From positions 23,484,795-23,548,794 of the forward strand of contig NC_092670.1 of NCBI RefSeq assembly GCF_964355755.1: DNA of 64,000 bases. The letters are read 5' to 3'. Below the pieces are notes generated by a model that ran no database searches, was not told the DNA's origin, and saw nothing but the letters and a program-made list of their open reading frames with translations. The DNA comes from Antedon mediterranea. Lineage: Eukaryota; Animalia; Echinodermata. Below, piece after piece: positions 60,999 through 64,000 of the stretch. Within the stretch, counting starts at the first letter, position 1; the number at the start of each line of letters is the position of its first letter. Both the position numbers and the translations under genes were made by a program.

Positions 60999-61069
60999 AC
61001 TCTGGGGTCGGATCGAACCTACAACCTCCAGAGCACAAGCCTGGCGTTCATACCTCTATACCACAGAGT
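60999..61069 (-). pseudogene. tRNA-derived sequence (Thr-TGT-like pseudogene or SINE head)
   Basis: Minus strand actctgtggtatagaggtatgaacgccaggcttgtgctctggaggttgtaggttcgatccgaccccagagt: A box, B box (GGTTCGATCC), 6-bp acceptor stem, anticodon arm ccagg-cttgtgc-tctgg; D and T stems are broken. Confidence 0.6.
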
Positions 61070-64000
61070 TTAAAACGTGTTATTTCAAACACACCAATTG
61101 CAGAGAAGAAATTACCTATTGAGATTACGTTCGTGACTAAGCTAGTATCGGAACACGTTTGAAGATTATATGATCATAATGCAATGAATATAAAGCGTAG
61201 ATACCACCATGGAAAGCCAGTTGTTAGTTGCTACTCAATTATTTATTCATTAAACATTGAGGTAGGTCTTACGTATGGTGGAACGCTTGCAAAATATTAT
61301 TAAAAGAACATTCAAGAAAGATATATAATTACGCTAGAAAAAACCCGCTTAAAATACATAACAAGACAGAAATAGTTGTATGTTAAAAATGGATAGGTAA
61401 GCCCTAATAATTTCGGATACTTAGATTAAACATCAGTACTGTGTCTCAACGTGAATTGAAGTAACTCATGGATACATTTTGTAGGCCTACATTCAGTTTC
61501 TTTCTAATATATCTAAGTATGTATAGGCCTATACACAGTACGGTACTATTTTCAATACATACAGAATTGATTTATCGTTTATTTCGCTTGCCAAAGCAAT
61601 ACCCGAACGCCAACGTTATGGAAAATGTTCTTTTAAAACTTAACAAGGCAATTAATTAACCAATAACCAATATCTCCAGAGAAACAATTTGGAGTGGCGT
61701 TATACTGTAGGTAGTATTCATAATCCTAATTATAAACACGCTTATAGTTGACATAGTCCCGTTTGTGTCATCAGGTAGGCGGGGCTGTCTGTTATTGGAG
61801 AAATTAAAAGGACTTTACTGTAATGTTATTAATTTTGTTGTATAACCACAATATTTGAACTTGCCTGCTCGATTCCCTCCGAATCAGTTAGCGTGTACCC
61901 TTGGCGATATGAATAAACATTAGCGTACAGCTGAGCATGCTCAGGGGACCTCTGAAATTTTCATAAACCATCACGACCATTGAATCACGTATGTTTATTT
62001 ATTACAAAATATGTTTCTAATAATGCCGGTTTACTAGTTTACGATAACGCATGTTGATTTGGTTATTTGATTGAACTTCAGAGTTCCTGATTTCATTTTG
62101 AATTACCTTGTTAGTATAGTACTTGAATGAGGCAATGTTTGACATGGAATTTATCACCTAGATATTATATCGGTTGTTCGACATGTTTTGACCAATTAAA
62201 GTACCCCAGTAAGTTAATGGAAGAGACAACGCGCCTTTATATGATTCAATTGTATAAAATAATAATCGGAAAACCACAGTAAACGATCATCCTTTCGTTT
62301 TTGTACAGAGATTTTATTATTAACATTAATAGGCCTATTTTAAGAAACCTTTTCTTCGACAAAGATAACGTTCACATGAAGCAACATATAATGTTGTATA
62401 AAATGTTACGGTCGCTCGGCTCGGAATCACATCCAATCCAGATAGGCCTACAAAGGGAATCAATAATAAACAACACAATTTCTGATTTTTATAATCGTTG
62501 ACTTGAAATCAATTTTCTAAAACATTATTTTCCTCAATCAACGCATACAAATTCAATTTAGATTCGATTTCACTGATAACGGATGTCAAAAGGAATTCAC
62601 TGCATGGTTTTACTTGTGTATAATACTCAGATGGTCTCCATTCATATTTCCTCACAGGTCTAGGCCTATGCCTGATAACGTCATTTATTGTAATTAGTCC
62701 ACTTTCATCATGTATTATCGTTAGTGGAGATTGAGAACAATACCTACTGTATATTATAAGTCGACAATTGGGAATTATCACATGTGGGATCGTGAATAGA
62801 ATACAAATTACGTCATCTTTATTTTGAGATTAAGCCAAAATTATGTCATTTATTGAAGTAGGCATATTTTTTTAGTATATAATACTATCTGCAGAACATT
62901 AAACTTCAAAAGGTTGTACAACAATTCTTTATTAACTTGGAATAGAAAACACTCAATACAACGTCGTGACATGTTATTTTCATCTTTGAGAGATATGAGC
63001 ATAGCGCACGCGCGAAAAGATTTAACAATCGACAACTTACTCACCACTTACCTACTTTAGTTAAATAAGATACGTGATCCATCAAATGCTTAAATCATCC
63101 CTCGCGGATGAGCCCCGTCCCTTAACGGAAGTTTTTTGTCATACCAGCTGTGACCTGGGGCCTTGTACGGTCAGTAGGCCTAGTCACTCTCGTCCCCACA
63201 TTCCTACGTACCGGTTCATCTACATCATACTTATAACACGTATATGCGTCACACAGGGACAGAAATGGCACGATTAGACGCGTCGTGAAAAAAGTGCCGG
63301 CCCCCTTTTCAGAGTTTAAACGCGTGATTGTCTGACGAATAATTATGCAGTATTTTTAGCGTATTAAAACAGTACATATTTTGTATTCGAATTAGATCAG
63401 CAGGTTTTTAACGTCAGCATAAACATGTAAATCTGCAGCCTTGTGTATTCAGCGTATTGGAAACCCTCACCTCTCCCAAGTGCATCGTATTGTGTGTAAA
63501 TCTACAGCCGAGGCGCCACAAAATATATGATGCATTTGTCACGATATTCCATTTCGGCTCATCTTTAATAATATACGAGTTATGCGTACATTTTGAGTAC
63601 TCTATACTATTTGATGTGTGTATTCGTGACCAAGGCATTATTTATAATGTATAATAAGTAGGCTACGTCTGTGTTGTTTATCGGCAGCACATGTATAGTC
63701 AATGTCAATGACCAAATCGACAAAATACAATTTTCCATGTTAATATGTATGTTGCTTCAGATGTAATTTTAACACAAATTTGGAAATGTTAAATATACTA
63801 CTGAATTTTCTTCAAAGCGAACAGTCATATTAAGAACAATCTCCACAATGTTGTTAATAAATTGAATACATTTTGAAACTATGTGCGTTACCTGTAGTTT
63901 GAATTGGAAATTTGAATTCTGAAGGATTATCTTCAAAATGGTATTAATAATTATTAATATTATTATTAGATTGTTTCCATTTTTATCTACCAATACATTT

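Noticed and set aside
60999-61069. Functional tRNA-Thr gene
   Set aside because: D and T stems do not pair properly; treated as a pseudogene or SINE head.
36000-64000. About 30 short ORFs (60-134 aa) and conserved microRNAs
   Set aside because: The ORFs have low-complexity AT-driven composition, no motifs and no consistent splice context. A by-eye look for well-known miRNA sequences (let-7, miR-34, miR-71, miR-124 and others) found only partial seed-like matches without hairpins; a formal scan was not possible.

Overview
AT-rich, intron-containing animal genomic DNA; gene style and repeat content suggest a marine invertebrate deuterostome such as an echinoderm (inference). Positions 5551-35786 (+) hold a complete WDR90 (POC16) gene: CFAP20/DUF667 domain plus WD40 repeats, 38 coding exons traced by eye with consistent GT-AG phases. 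Its 7.6-kb intron 11 contains a same-strand TRIM-NHL E3 ligase gene with a single coding exon (19502-21637), a 5'-truncated CR1/L2-group LINE and MITEs. The most striking feature is a 51-copy 48-bp minisatellite (about 10679-13114) built from the exon 6 3' end plus its GTGAGT splice donor, giving a ladder of potential 5' splice sites, 10 of them in frame. Also present: two inverted arms of a 99/104-bp hairpin satellite (1-1598, 2614-4858), a 5S-rRNA-derived SINE whose 3' tail matches a nearby LINE, and several non-autonomous DNA transposons. The last 28 kb have no recognisable coding exons; they are CpG-richer, strongly enriched in the palindrome TAGGCCTA, and carry candidate 5' exons of a downstream gene. 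No CRISPR or prokaryotic system is supported. All calls are by eye, with no database search.
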